A stretch of 63,430 nt of DNA, the filler included, from Octopus bimaculoides (Eukaryota): NCBI RefSeq assembly GCF_001194135.2. It is 5 parts of 5 records of this genome, joined end to end, with 100 filler letters (N's around TTAATTAATTAA, not from the genome) between each part and the next. Parts side by side here need not be neighbours in the genome. Positions count along the whole stretch, not along the records: positions 1 to 27,684 come from NC_069003.1; positions 27,785 to 40,891 come from NC_069010.1; 3 more parts are not named here. The stretch is one strand, 5' to 3'. The position numbers and the translations under genes are program-made. Shown here one piece after another: positions 26,057-37,355 of the stretch. The notes under the pieces were generated by a model that was not told the DNA's origin, searched no databases, and saw only the letters and a program-made list of their open reading frames with translations. Positions within the stretch are counted from its first letter, which is position 1. Every line of letters starts with the position of its first letter.

Positions 26057-26800
26057 CCGATTAATCGTCTGATAATCAGAATGATGAAACAGCAAAAATA
26101 GGAGGGATTTTCAACACTTAAAGAACAAGATGCAGGTCTACAAAACGTATTGAGCTGTCACCATCTTCGAGTATATGTTGGGGCCATACACATACTCACA
26201 TACAAACGAGCGAGTGTGTACGCGCGTGCGAGTGTGCGTGTGTGTTTGTGTGTATGTGTTTGCGAGTGTGTGTGTGGTGTATGCCAGTATGTTTGGGAAT
26301 ATTTAAATTTTTCATTGAGACATATAATAAAAAATAGAAATAATTAATTAGAAATGAGAATTAATTTCCAATTAAAACTTCAGCAAAATCAAAACACTGT
26401 ATCAATTAATAAATCAATATAATATCAAGTATCAACAAATTAATTCCAATCTGGTTTGCATTTCATCGACTGTCACATGACGCAATTATTTCTTAAATAG
26501 AATGACTAGAGAAATATGCCGTATATAGAGTGTGGAGTAAGGTACTGTATAATTCACTGACCATCCACTATCGGTCTATGAATATGTATGCATATATATA
26601 TATATATATATANNNNNNNNNNNNNNNNNNNNNNNNNNNNNNNNNNNNNNNNNNNNNNNNNNNNNNNNNNNNNNNNNNNNNNNNNNNNNNNNNNNNNNNN
26701 NNNNNNNNNNNNNNNNNNNNNNNNNNNNNNNNNNNNNNNNNNNNNNNNNNNNNNNNNNNNNNNNNNNNNNNNNNNNNNNNNNNNNNNNNNNNNGGTTGAC

Positions 26801-26868
26801 AGGGGGCCCAACCGCAACTACAAAGGAGCCCACCTGCAACTACAAGAGGGCTCACCCACAACTACAAT
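26801..26868 (+). repeat. Three ~22-bp minisatellite units (gggcccaccNgcaactacaa-like)
   Basis: ggggcccaaccgcaactacaa / ggagcccacctgcaactacaa / gggctcacccacaactacaa. Confidence 0.75.
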
Positions 26869-27059
26869 GCTATCATTTAATTGCTTTTTTTAAAGTATTC
26901 TTTTCAACTGTCTACAACACAGCTAGGCTGAAATAATTAATGCATTCTTCCAGGAGTGAATAAAAATTCTCAAACTTAGATACTAACATGGGCACGCATA
27001 TATGGATTCTAATAGCGCAGGGGCCCACTTGCCATCAGGCAAACTGGCAACCTGGCCAG

Positions 27060-27115
<56 letters not shown>

Positions 27116-27431
27116 CATGTTGGACGGAAAAAAATATGAATTCTGTGTACGAAATCACAACAGTAATGGGGAAGTGAATTTTGAAAGATGGGCCTTGCAA
27201 ATCTACCAGATATATGGAAGAGCATTGTAGAAAATGAAGGAGAGAATATTTTAGATTAAAAAAGAAATTTGTTAATGTTAATTTTGGAAATGAAACGAAG
27301 CATAAAACACCGCGTTATTTATGAGATGATCCAATATATATGTATATAACAAAGCAAAGTTGTAAGATACCGCATGAGTGGAAATATATATGAAAGAAAG
27401 TTTGAAAATGCAATTTTAAAGATGTTTATTC

Positions 27432-27473
27432 ACTTGACCGGTTTCACTTTTTTAGAAAAAGATTGTCAAAAGT
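27432..27473 (-). ncRNA. Minimal hammerhead ribozyme fold, U3-A8 core variant
   Basis: ACUU-UUGACAA-UCUUUUU(cua)AAAAAGU-GAA-ACCGGU-C-AAGU: helix I 4 bp, helix II 6 bp plus U.U, palindromic helix III, GUC site. Confidence 0.6.
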
Positions 27474-27808
27474 ATCATGTAAAGCTTGTATAAGCTTTGT
27501 TGTGTTAAGTACTGGTTATCACAAAAAGTATTAAAATACATATATATATTCTTTGATAATAATAAGAAAATGTTAAAAACAATTTACAACAGAGTATTCA
27601 ACAAAAAGTATTAGGAGCTCAATAAAAATCATGTTTGGTAGTATATGTATTCAATAAAAATCATGTTTGTTTGGTAGTGTATATNNNNNNNNNNNNNNNN
27701 NNNNNNNNNNNNNNNNNNNNNNNNNNNNTTAATTAATTAANNNNNNNNNNNNNNNNNNNNNNNNNNNNNNNNNNNNNNNNNNNNCTTGACAATGTAAATA
27801 TGTTAATA

Positions 27809-27823
27809 GTTACCATGGGTAAC
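27809..27823. promoter_or_regulatory. Palindromic RFX X-box match GTTACC-ATG-GGTAAC
   Basis: Exact fit to GTNRCC(N0-3)RGYAAC; motif match only. Confidence 0.3.
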
Positions 27824-27982
27824 AAAAATCACACAAAAATAAACAGGATATCACATACGTGTTATAGGTAGAGATATCAAGTTAAAGCGATGCATTTTGA
27901 GTAGATATGAATAATAACAATAATTGGAACAAGGAACTTTTATTTATATGCGTTTTGTCCATTTATTGTTATTATTCATATA

Positions 27983-28021
<39 letters not shown>

Positions 28022-28024
<3 letters not shown>

Positions 28025-28230
28025 CATCATTTAGATAATTGGACAGTTTGACTGGGCTGGCATGTTGGAAGACTGCTCCAGAATCCAGTCTGATTTGGCA
28101 CGATTTTCTACGGTTGGATGCCCTTCCTAACGCCAACCATTCCGAGAGTGTTGTGTGTGCTTTTACGTGCCACCAGCACGGGTGCTATTTGCATGACACC
28201 AGTATCTGCCACGACTGCGATTTGGTTCGG
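28022..28230 (-). mobile_element. SINE family C fragment
   Basis: ggatgcccttcctaacgccaaccattccgagagtgt...ttttacgtgccacc. Confidence 0.75.
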
Positions 28231-28364
28231 CTTGTTGCATAAAGAAACACCACATAGTCACAAGCCACTAGCATCCACGTACCAGGTACGTGGTACGTTG
28301 TACAATATGCAGAATCGGTACATCCAACAATTATATACACAACTATATATACAGTGGCCACCTG

Positions 28365-28660
28365 TCCGAGTCTCTATTTGCTGTCCGGCAATATTCATTC
28401 AGACGCATTTTGTGATGGTCGGGCGGGAAAATACCATAAGCTAAGCCTGCAAGCAATGAAGTCAAAAAAGAACCATCCATAACTTGCAGTAAGCAACATT
28501 TATTGAAATAAAAGTGTTGTCATATCGTCTGCATTTGGATGGTACTCAGGATGATGTTGTATGGAAAGATGAAATGAATGAAAGTGAATCTTCTGACGAT
28601 GACGGAGATTTACACTACAATGATGTTGACATGTTTACGGGGGAACAAATGTCTTTATTT
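28365..28660 (+). mobile_element. pogo-like DNA transposon remnant
   Basis: Translation LDGTQDDVVW...ESESSDDD resembles a pogo transposase C-terminus. Shares agtctctatttgctgtccggcaat...gcattttgtgatg with the MITE at 32217. Confidence 0.55.
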
Positions 28661-29391
28661 ATATATAATATTCCTGTGTTGTTGTTCTTAGTTTCAGCTC
28701 ATCAAAACTATAGCAGATGAACCTTTAATCAAAGGTATTCCAACCGNNNNNNNNNNNNNNNNNNNNNNNNNNNNNNNNNNNNNNNNNNNNNNNNNNNNNN
28801 NNNNNNNNNNNNNNNNNNNNNNNNNNNNNNNNNNNNNNNNNNNNNNNNNNNNNNNNNNNNNNNNNNNNNNNNNNNNNNNNNNNNNNNNNNNNNNNNNNNN
28901 NNNNNNNNNNNNNNNNNNNNNNNNNNNNNNNNNNNNNNNNNNNNNNNNNNNNNNNNNNNNNNNNNNNNNNNNNNNNNNNNNNNNNNNNNNNNNNNNNNNN
29001 NNNNNNNNNNNNNNNNNNNNNNNNNNNNNNNNNNNNNNNNNNNNNNNNNNNNNNNNNNNNNNNNNNNNNNNNNNNNNNNNNNNNNNNNNNNNNNNNNNNN
29101 NNNNNNNNNNNNNNNNNNNNNNNNNNNNNNNNNNNNNNNNNNNNNNNNNNNNNNNNNNNNNNNNNNNNNNNNNNNNNNNNNNNNNNNNNNNNNNNNNNNN
29201 NNNNNNNNNNNNNNNNNNNNNNNNNNNNNNNNNNNNNNNNNNNNNNNNNNNNNNNNNNNNNNNNNNNNNNNNNNNNNNNNNNNNNNNNNNNNNNNNNNNN
29301 NNNNNNNNNNNNNNNNNNNNNNNNNNNNNNNNNNNNNNNNNNNNNNNNNNNNNNNNNNNNNNNNNNNNNNNTGCAAACCCCAAAGAAGTCC

Positions 29392-29693
29392 TCTCAACGC
29401 ATGGCTATGATGCTCCCCACTACTTCTGCTTGTAATCAGAGATGCACATATCATCAGCTACTAAGAGACATGTTCAACTGGTTAAGATCAAACAATTGAC
29501 AAGCAAATCTATGGTATTGAGCAGAATATTTGCTGTAGGCCATTTTTTTATACCAAGACAAAACAATGTACTTGATAACTCTTCCAATCAGTTAAGATGA
29601 GAAGCCATGAGAGCCACTGCCTGGTACTGCATCAGGGCATTAGCAAATTTGTGGTATTGAGCAGAATATTTGCTGTAGCCCATCTTTTATACC
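29392..29693. repeat. Interspersed repeat fragment with internal ~52-bp duplication
   Basis: agcaaat.t.tggtattgagcagaatatttgctgtag.ccat.ttttatacc at about 29502 and 29642. Confidence 0.55.
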
Positions 29694-29951
29694 TATTGTT
29701 GTTGGAAAGTGGCTTGCTTTGGGTTTGGAGGTCTGTAAAAACCTGTGGAAAAAAAAATTTATTTCACGCCAAGTACGATAAGGTCCTTTACAAAATATTT
29801 ACCAGGTTTTGTATCAATAATATGGTACCGGACTTACCTTAGAATAATGGGGAAATGGCAAAAACCAAAGGGCGTGTAACAGCTTTGGCAGCACGGTCGC
29901 AGGTTCGTTTTCCTGGTGAGAAGTTGTACGTTTGGGCGATCTTACGGTACG

Positions 29952-30308
29952 AGTCCTAAATATCGGCCTTTTCCGTGTAAAAAGTGTCTTCGGCGATCTT
30001 TACCAAAGATCGTCCTTTTCCGTAAAAAGTTTTGGAGAGAAACAGGGAAACGACGCCATAAAATCGAAAGAGATACAGAGAGCGCGATTAATTTTGAAGG
30101 GTTTAGGGTTAGGGTTTGGATTTTAGGGTTTCGGTTAGGGAATTCCGTCCCTAACCGTAACCCTAACCCTAAACACTGACCCTAACCCTGACACTAAAAC
30201 CCTAATCCTAACACCGTAATGGCGATCGTGCGGGTGTTACGGAAAAGGCCGATCTTTCGTAAAGATCGCCGAAGACACTTTTTACGGAAAAGACAGATAT
30301 TTAGGACT
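29952..30308. mobile_element. Foldback (MITE-like) element with ~72-bp inverted arms and head-to-head TTAGGG/CCCTAA core, copy 1
   Basis: Arms agtcctaaatatcggccttttccg...ccttttccgtaa / ttacggaaaaggccg...gatatttaggact; centre ggttagggaattccgtccctaacc. Confidence 0.8.
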
Positions 30309-30658
30309 ACCTTTGGATTAATTTAAGATTCCTAAACTAAACCTAATTTTTTTACAATATAACTCGACAACATTTGACAGATCAGTTCGATTATCTTCGA
30401 TATAACTCGACAATTCACTTCGGATATCTTCGATATAACTCGACAATACACTTCGGAGATATCCGTGTCGGCTGCTAAAATAGATATAATGATATTTATG
30501 CCATCCAATGTCTCATTTTAAACTTGCATATATTTATTCTTACCTGCTTCATGTGTGTATGTAAAATCCGGCAAATTTCCAAGCAGAAAACAGAATCGAA
30601 GTTTATGCATCGCTAGTGTTTTCTGCTTGAAAATTTGCGGATTTTGCATACACACATG

Positions 30659-30993
30659 AAGCAAGTAGTGGCTGTGTGGTAAGTAGCTTGCTTACCAACC
30701 ACATGGTTCCGGGTTCATTCCAAATGCGTGGCACCTTGGGCAAGTGTCTTTTAGGCTGACCAAAGCCCGTCGTATATATGTATATGTTTGTATATCTGTG
30801 TTTGTCCCCCCCCCCAACATCGCTTGACAACCGATGTTGGTGTGTTTATGTCCACTTAACTTAGCGGTTCGGCAAAAGAGACCGATAGAATAAATACTAG
30901 GCATCCAAGTCCTGGGGTCGATTTGCTTGACTAAAGGCGGTGCTCCAGCATGGCCATAGTCAAATGAGTGAAACAAGTAAAAGAGTAAAGAGA
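30659..30993 (+). mobile_element. SINE family A, near full-length with tail
   Basis: Head, internally deleted middle, tail gctccagcatggccatagtcaaatgagtgaaacaagtaaaagagtaaag. Confidence 0.85.
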
Positions 30994-31187
30994 GTATATA
31001 ATTTCCATCTTATTTTGTTTTCAAAACTAATAATACACATTTAGAAGTCACAAACAATGTAACTTCGTATAATGCCAAACGAAGTCATAGATAAATGTGA
31101 ATGATTTAATTTTTGAGAAATATTTCTGTGAAGAAACTATTTCATATATTTTCGTTGTGTTTGATATTGAAAGAGATGTTGCAGGAC

Positions 31188-31458
31188 AATCTTGTGGGTG
31201 TCTACCAAGTCAGTTGCCAGACGTCTGAGCTTCGATGAGTCCATGTCCAAGGAAGCAAAACGTTCAGAATCTTAACTTGGAAATGCTGATGTGATCGTAT
31301 AGTTTTAGTATGACATTGTAGAGGAAAATGTGAGAGGCTAAATCTGGTTAGTTTGAGCATAAAACAGGTAGAATATTAGGATCTGCCTGATATGGGCGGT
31401 TTAAATGCTAAGGGTTAACAAGATCCTGGAAATAGTGTTTGAGGTGAACACATCGATA
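31188..31458 (+). repeat. Direct repeat copy 1 (~270 bp; partner 37356-37625)
   Basis: aatcttgtgggtgtctaccaagtcag...gaggtgaacacatcgata; near-identical by eye. Confidence 0.9.
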
Positions 31459-31504
31459 AACTGGGAGGGAATCCCTGAACTAAATTCAAAATTTCAAAAT
31501 ACAT

Positions 31505-31670
31505 AGGCGCAGGAGTGGCTGTGTGGTAAGAAGCTTGCTTCCCAACCACATGGTTCTGGGTTCAGTCCTACTGCATTGCACCTTGGACAAGTGTCTTCTG
31601 CTATAGCCCTGGGCCAACCAAAGCTTTGTGGGTGGATTTAGTAGATAGAAAATGAAAGAAGCCCGTCGTG
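31505..31670 (+). mobile_element. SINE family A
   Basis: aggcgcaggagtggctgtgtggtaagaagcttgcttcccaaccac...aagaagcccgtcg. Confidence 0.85.
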
Positions 31671-31764
31671 TGTGTGTGTGGCACACTTAGCAACGTCTTG
31701 TGGCACACCAGTGTGCCGCAGCATGCGGAGCACTGGTCTAAACAATGTTCAATGTATTAATCAT

Positions 31765-32062
31765 TATCACCGTCATCGTCGTTTAACGTCCACTTTCCAT
31801 GCTGGCATGGGTTGGACGGTTTGACTGAGGGCTGGAGAGCCGGAAGGCTACACCAGGCTCCAATCCAATCTGGCAATGTTTCTACAGCTGGATGCCCTTC
31901 CTAATGCCAACCACTCTGAGAGTGTAGTGGGTGCTTTTTACGTGCCACCAGCTTGAGGGCCAGTCAGGTGGTACCGGCATCAGCCACGCTTGAATGGTGC
32001 TTTTTACATGCCACCAGCACAGGAGCCAGTCAGGCAGCACTGGTAATGACCATGCTTCAATG
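31765..32062 (-). mobile_element. SINE family C
   Basis: catcgtcgtttaacgtcc...ctacagctggatgcccttcctaatgccaacc. Confidence 0.85.
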
Positions 32063-32124
32063 GTGGTCAATCAAGTTCGTTTTTAAAAAATACATTTTTA
32101 AGTTTCTCTCCTCTGTATATATTC

Positions 32125-32156
<32 letters not shown>

Positions 32157-32216
32157 TGTGCTGAGTCAAAAGTTTTGTAATATTCCGGTAACTCAATTGC
32201 TTTATCGATCAACTTA

Positions 32217-32706
32217 CCGTAAATCCTCGAGTATAATTCGCATGTTTTTCCCAAAATTTAAAGGTCAAAATCCCTAGTGCGTACGATATACGAGGTTAAA
32301 AATGAAAAATAGTTTCTAAGCAATGTCCCAGTCTCTATTTGCTGTCCGGCAATGTTTATTCAGATGCATTTTGTGATGTTCGGCTTGTAACTGATAGTGA
32401 TAAATTATGTGAAAGGCAATTTACTTAATATTTATTTTTCACTGACGTTATTACTGTTATTTATTTATTTTCTGCAAACAAAATGCACAAAAAAGCTACA
32501 CGTTTGCATTATGTTATATATACAATAATAATAAAGGACGTTACCGTATATATATTTACAAACCAAGGACATTATATAGACCTCCTTGACTCAAGTTAGA
32601 GAAGGGGTAAGTATTATACACAAGGTTTAAGTTTTTCAGAGGTACAGCCCCCTAAAAATTCCCTGCGTATTATACTCAAGGGCAGACTATACTCGAGGAT
32701 TTACAG
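32217..32706. mobile_element. pogo/Tigger-type MITE, 490 bp, TA target duplication
   Basis: TA|ccgtaaatcctcgagtata ... tatactcgaggatttacag|TA. Confidence 0.8.
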
Positions 32707-33059
32707 TACAACAAAGGCAGCCAAGCATTCAAAGTAGAGGCCATCGTGTTGCACCGTCTGAAGCCACCTTTCTTACCAGTTCTTTGATTCCATGATAATA
32801 CCATTTCTTGTCCTTGAAGGCAAAGAATTTCTTCACTGAAGCTTCCATCTCCTCAGACAGAATAAGTACCAGGCTTTAAAAAAATATATAAATTCTAGGG
32901 TCGATTCATTCAACTAATAATTCGAGGTGGTGCCCCAGCATGGCCACAGTGTAATGACTGAAACAATGGATAAAAAATAAGTGAATATTTCCTCAACAAC
33001 AACAGCAAAAACAAAAACAGCGCAAAATAAGAAAATTTAATTACTAACTACTTAATTTA

Positions 33060-33800
33060 TTAATTATTTTGATTGTTATCATCATCACTTTTAGCTGGAT
33101 GCAAAATATCATAATATTTTGGTATTAGAAAATCATCGCTGTGTAATATAAACGATCTCCCTTTAATGACAGAGTTACCTCTCTTGAATGGTAAGAAAGA
33201 ATTCCTCGAAGAGAGGGTCACATTGTTCGCTGTGAAATGCAACTGTGAACGCGACATAAATAGGCCGGGTACGATAGCCACAAAGTCTTTTTCGTTCTGA
33301 TGGACATATATCCTCAGTAGATAACTCTGGCTTACTTTGGTAACAAGGTAGAAAAGGTAAGAGTTGAAGACGAAGAAGATACAGCCGGCAACAAACGGGT
33401 GTTCTAAGTAGTCAACTTGGTCTTGCAGAAAAAAGTCATTTTTGGACATGTAGCACATATAGCCAGCCCCGATAATGGAGAGAATCACTGTCGGTTGCAG
33501 AAACAACTGGGCTGATTGGTAGTAAACTATTGAGGAGTTGGAATAGATAAGAGAATACTCTTGACTTATGTTGTCCTCTTCATTGCGACTCGCTGACTGG
33601 ACATACTTGTTTCTGTTGGAGAACTTGCGGGTTGTTGCACCAAATGCAAACTGAGCTGTGGGTTGGTGTTGGGATGAAACCATATCATGGCAGCTGCTGC
33701 TGCTGCTAATGCTGCTCAGGGGCCAGTGTTTCAGACCGCACGTCAGTCGTCGACAGTGGGTCTTGTTGATGGAAGATCGAAGGAAGTAACTGAAACATAA
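33060..33800 (-). CDS. TMEM70/TMEM186/TMEM223-family-like mitochondrial membrane protein, large terminal exon (246 codons)
   Basis: Clean non-repetitive ORF: Arg/Ser-rich presequence-like N-part, LIY motif, two hydrophobic segments, then SYLLRIY...DFVAI...HF...NV...KGRSFILH..DF...YY, aligning by eye to TMEM70 GYVIRLY...TYKAI...VF...DV. The track's Met lies in a polypyrimidine tract with a tttccag| acceptor at 33801. AATAAA overlaps the stop. Confidence 0.75.
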   Translation of the reverse strand, partial: LCFSYFLRSSINKTHCRRLTCGLKHWPLSSISSSSSCHDMVSSQHQPTAQFAFGATTRKFSNRNKYVQSASRNEEDNISQEYSLIYSNSSIVYYQSAQLFLQPTVILSIIGAGYMCYMSKNDFFLQDQVDYLEHPFVAGCIFFVFNSYLFYLVTKVSQSYLLRIYVHQNEKDFVAIVPGLFMSRSQLHFTANNVTLSSRNSFLPFKRGNSVIKGRSFILHSDDFLIPKYYDILHPAKSDDDNNQNN

Positions 33801-34473
33801 CTGGAAAGTAAAAGGCATACATTAGAGAGGTCAAGCTAAGTCAAACCGTGGCCATCCACGCATACGCGCATGTCCTTTATGGCCATGCCCTCCCCAACCC
33901 CACCCACCTTACAAGCAGGCACACATCTAACCTCTTCCCAACACCTGCTGCAGGCACTGCCCCTCCCCTCCACTCTTTTGCTTGTACCTGTCCATACACT
34001 TGATGCCCTCTCATTCTTCCTTACCCCCCCNNNNNNNNNNNNNNNNNNNNNNNNNNNNNNNNNNNNNNNNNNNNNNNNNNNNNNNNNNNNNNNNNNNNNN
34101 NNNNNNNNNNNNNNNNNNNNNNNNNNNNNNNNNNNNNNNNNNNNNNNNNNNNNNNNNNNNNNNNNNNNNNNNNNNNNNNNNNNNNNNNNNNNNNNNNNNN
34201 NNNNNNNNNNNNNNNNNNNNNNNNNNNNNNNNNNNNNNNNNNNNNNNNNNNNNNNNNNNNNNNNNNNNNNNNNNNNNNNNNNNNNNNNNNNNNNNNNNNN
34301 NNNNNNNNNNNNNNNNNNNNNNNNNNNNNNNNNNNNNNNNNNNNNNNNNNNNNNNNNNNNNNNNNNNNNNNNNNNNNNNNNNNNNNNNNNNNNNNNNNNN
34401 NNNNNNNNNNNNNNNNNNNNNNNNNNNNNNNNNNNNNNNNNNNNNNNNNNNNCCACATAAAAAGCAAATAATA

Positions 34474-34689
34474 ATCCTTTCTACTTTAAGGCAAAAGGCT
34501 AGCAATTTCGAGGAAGGGGACAGTTGATTACACTGACCCCAGTATTTCACTGGTACTTATTTTTATCAACCCCCAAAACGATGAAAAGCAAAGTCGACCT
34601 CAGCAGGGTTAGAACTCAGAACATGGCAGCAGATGAAACATTGCTCAGCGTTTCAGCCAGTGTGCTAATGATTCTGCCAGCTCACTGCC

Positions 34690-34724
<35 letters not shown>

Positions 34725-34970
34725 CCTTTCTACTAAAGGCACAAGGCCTGGAATTTTGGGGGGAGAGGACCAGTCGATTACATCAACCCGAGGAGGGAGT
34801 AAGTTCATTACATTGATCCCAGTGTGAAACTGGTACTTATTTTATCAAACCCGAAAGGATGAAAGGCAAAGTCAGCCATGACAGAATTTGAACTCAGAAT
34901 GTGAAGATGGATGAGATGCTGTTAAGCATTTTGCCTGGACTGCTAACGATTCTGCCAGCTCACCGCCTTA
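34474..34970 (-). mobile_element. Tandem SINE family B copies (34474-34690, 34720-34970) with (AAT)n linker
   Basis: aatcctttctact...gaaagcaaagtcgacctc...gattctgccagctcac, repeated. Confidence 0.85.
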
Positions 34971-34974
34971 ATAA

Positions 34975-35234
34975 TCATCATCATCATCATCATCATCGTC
35001 GTCGTTTAACGTCCGCTTTCCATGCTAGCATGGGTTGGACGATTTGACTGAGGACTGGTGAAACCAGATGGCTACACCAGGCTCCAATCTGATTTGGCAG
35101 AGTTTCTACAGCTGGATGCCCTTCCTAACGCCAACCACTCAGAGAGTGTAGTGGGTGCTTTTACGTGTCACCCGCACGAAGGCCAGTCAGGCGGTACTGG
35201 CAACGGCCACGCTCGAAATGGTGTGTTTTATGTG
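34975..35234 (-). mobile_element. SINE family C, runs into gap
   Basis: (ATC)n, cgtttaacgtccgctttccatgctagcatggg...ggatgcccttcctaacgccaacc. Confidence 0.9.
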
Positions 35235-36156
35235 NNNNNNNNNNNNNNNNNNNNNNNNNNNNNNNNNNNNNNNNNNNNNNNNNNNNNNNNNNNNNNNNNN
35301 NNNNNNNNNNNNNNNNNNNNNNNNNNNNNNNNNNNNNNNNNNNNNNNNNNNNNNNNNNNNNNNNNNNNNNNNNNNNNNNNNNNNNNNNNNNNNNNNNNNN
35401 NNNNNNNNNNNNNNNNNNNNNNNNNNNNNNNNNNNNNNNNNNNNNNNNNNNNNNNNNNNNNNNNNNNNNNNNNNNNNNNNNNNNNNNNNNNNNNNNNNNN
35501 NNNNNNNNNNNNNNNNNNNNNNNNNNNNNNNNNNNNNNNNNNNNNNNNNNNNNNNNNNNNNNNNNNNNNNNNNNNNNNNNNNNNNNNNNNNNNNNNNNNN
35601 NNNNNNNNNNNNNNNNNNNNNNNNNNNNNNNNNNNNNNNNNNNNNNNNNNNNNNNNNNNNNNNNNNNNNNNNNNNNNNNNNNNNNNNNNNNNNNNNNNNN
35701 NNNNNNNNNNNNNNNNNNNNNNNNNNNNNNNNNNNNNNNNNNNNNNNNNNNNNNNNNNNNNNNNNNNNNNNNNNNNNNNNNNNNNNNNNNNNNNNNNNNN
35801 NNNNNNNNNNNNNNNNNNNNNNNNNNNNNNNNNNNNNNNNNNNNNNNNNNNNNNNACCCTACCTAGAAAAAAGATAAACTTACAGAAACATTGATGACAA
35901 GTCAAAACTAACAAAGACCTTGGCCACAGTCCACCTTTCAGCCCTCGCTAAACATATAAAACATACCGGGAAGGTCATGGTTGGCACACGTTTGATTATA
36001 GGTTTGTATGCAAAATTAGGATTCTGTGGATCGGCGATCAATTGTTTTTGGTCTCAGAGAACTGAAGGTATTTGCTCGGCAACTTCTGTACAAAATCTTT
36101 AGCGATCTTGCATTACCAGTTCCAAACCTGTCACTTAAACCGCGTGTGTTTATTTA

Positions 36157-36254
36157 CATCATATCGGCCTTTTCCGTAAAAGGGTTTTAGGGTTAGGGTT
36201 GGGGAATTCTGTCCCTAACACTAAAACCCTTTTATGGAAAAGGCCGATGTGATG
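36157..36254. mobile_element. Foldback element with telomeric-repeat core, copy 2 (98 bp, TA-flanked)
   Basis: TA|catcatatcggccttttccgtaaaagggttttag...ggggaattctgtccctaac...ctaaaacccttttatggaaaaggccgatgtgatg|TA. Confidence 0.8.
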
Positions 36255-37355
36255 TACGGTCGCACTCACACATTCATTGTCTTTCATTTGCACGAGCAAC
36301 TTGAAACGCCAACACACACACACACACACACATAGATACAAATGCATACCACAGAAATTACCGAACAATCAGTTGTAAACAACGACAAGTCTGAGACTAA
36401 AAACGATCGATTACCAGAATATATATGTACGACCTTGAATGATTATATATACGTATATTTATGTTATTGCACCTCCGAACAAATCGTTTTGTTTTTTTGT
36501 TTTGCATCAAATTACAACATCGTAATCTACACCATCTGAAAAGTGTTTGTAGAAAATTTCATTAAAAAATACCCATATTTGTGGAAGTTATGAGGAAACA
36601 AAATCGGTGGTAGGAATATGATTGTTCAGTTATGCCGACAAAACGATATAAACAAACATCTGTGTTTGAGAAATATAAAGCAAATAAATGTATATAAATC
36701 GAGGTAGATGTAGTATTAGCTGTATATTGAACTCACAAAAGCTCCCTTTGAAAACTGTCGTTGCCTTTTCTTCTAAATAATCCGAAGGAGAAAGTATCAC
36801 TCTGACATTGTTGGTAACAACATGTTAACTGTTCAGTTAAAGGGACAAGAGACGGTGTTGAGTGATTTTATGTACCGCTTCGGAATTAGTTTCAGTTCGT
36901 CTGTTAGCTTTGGTCTTAAGAACTACGCGATATCACTCGATTCTGTTTCTAGTTTTTTTAATTTTTATATGTATGTATAATAAAGTGGTAGAGGAGAAGA
37001 GATGACAAAAATGTTTAACCCTCAATAAAACGAGAAAAAAAAAATGAAACGATGAAACATCTTATTGAATCTGATAATATTTTTATGACAAATCACACAA
37101 AACTGAAAAGATTAATAAACATGAAAACTGAAAAAATTAAAGATCTTGTTGAATCTGATAATATCTTTATAACCATTCTTATTGAGGAGGCCAAAAGTCA
37201 AGAATGTCTCGAAGTATTAAATCAAAAGGATCTAATCCCTTTTAATCCAATCTTTTGTCGCCACACAAACTCAGTTTTTTTAATGATCTAGAAAGGAAGT
37301 GTTAGACATATGGAATTCAGAAAAGTGGCAAAGGTCGTTTGGAAAGACGGTGGAT

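Noticed and set aside
27729-27740. TTAATTAATTAA island between N runs (also 40936-40947, 44673-44684, 53213-53224)
   Set aside because: Sits centrally in a 100-bp gap (44 N + 12 + 44 N where counted) and has stops in all six frames, so it is an assembly spacer rather than biology. Adjacency across these joins is less reliable.
30100-30210. Ancient telomere-telomere fusion site
   Set aside because: The same head-to-head junction recurs three times inside inverted arms, which fits a mobile palindrome better than chromosome fusions.
37052-37291. 79-aa ORF with repeated ESDNIF
   Set aside because: Explained by a ~28-bp local direct duplication in AT-rich DNA; no splice or homology support.
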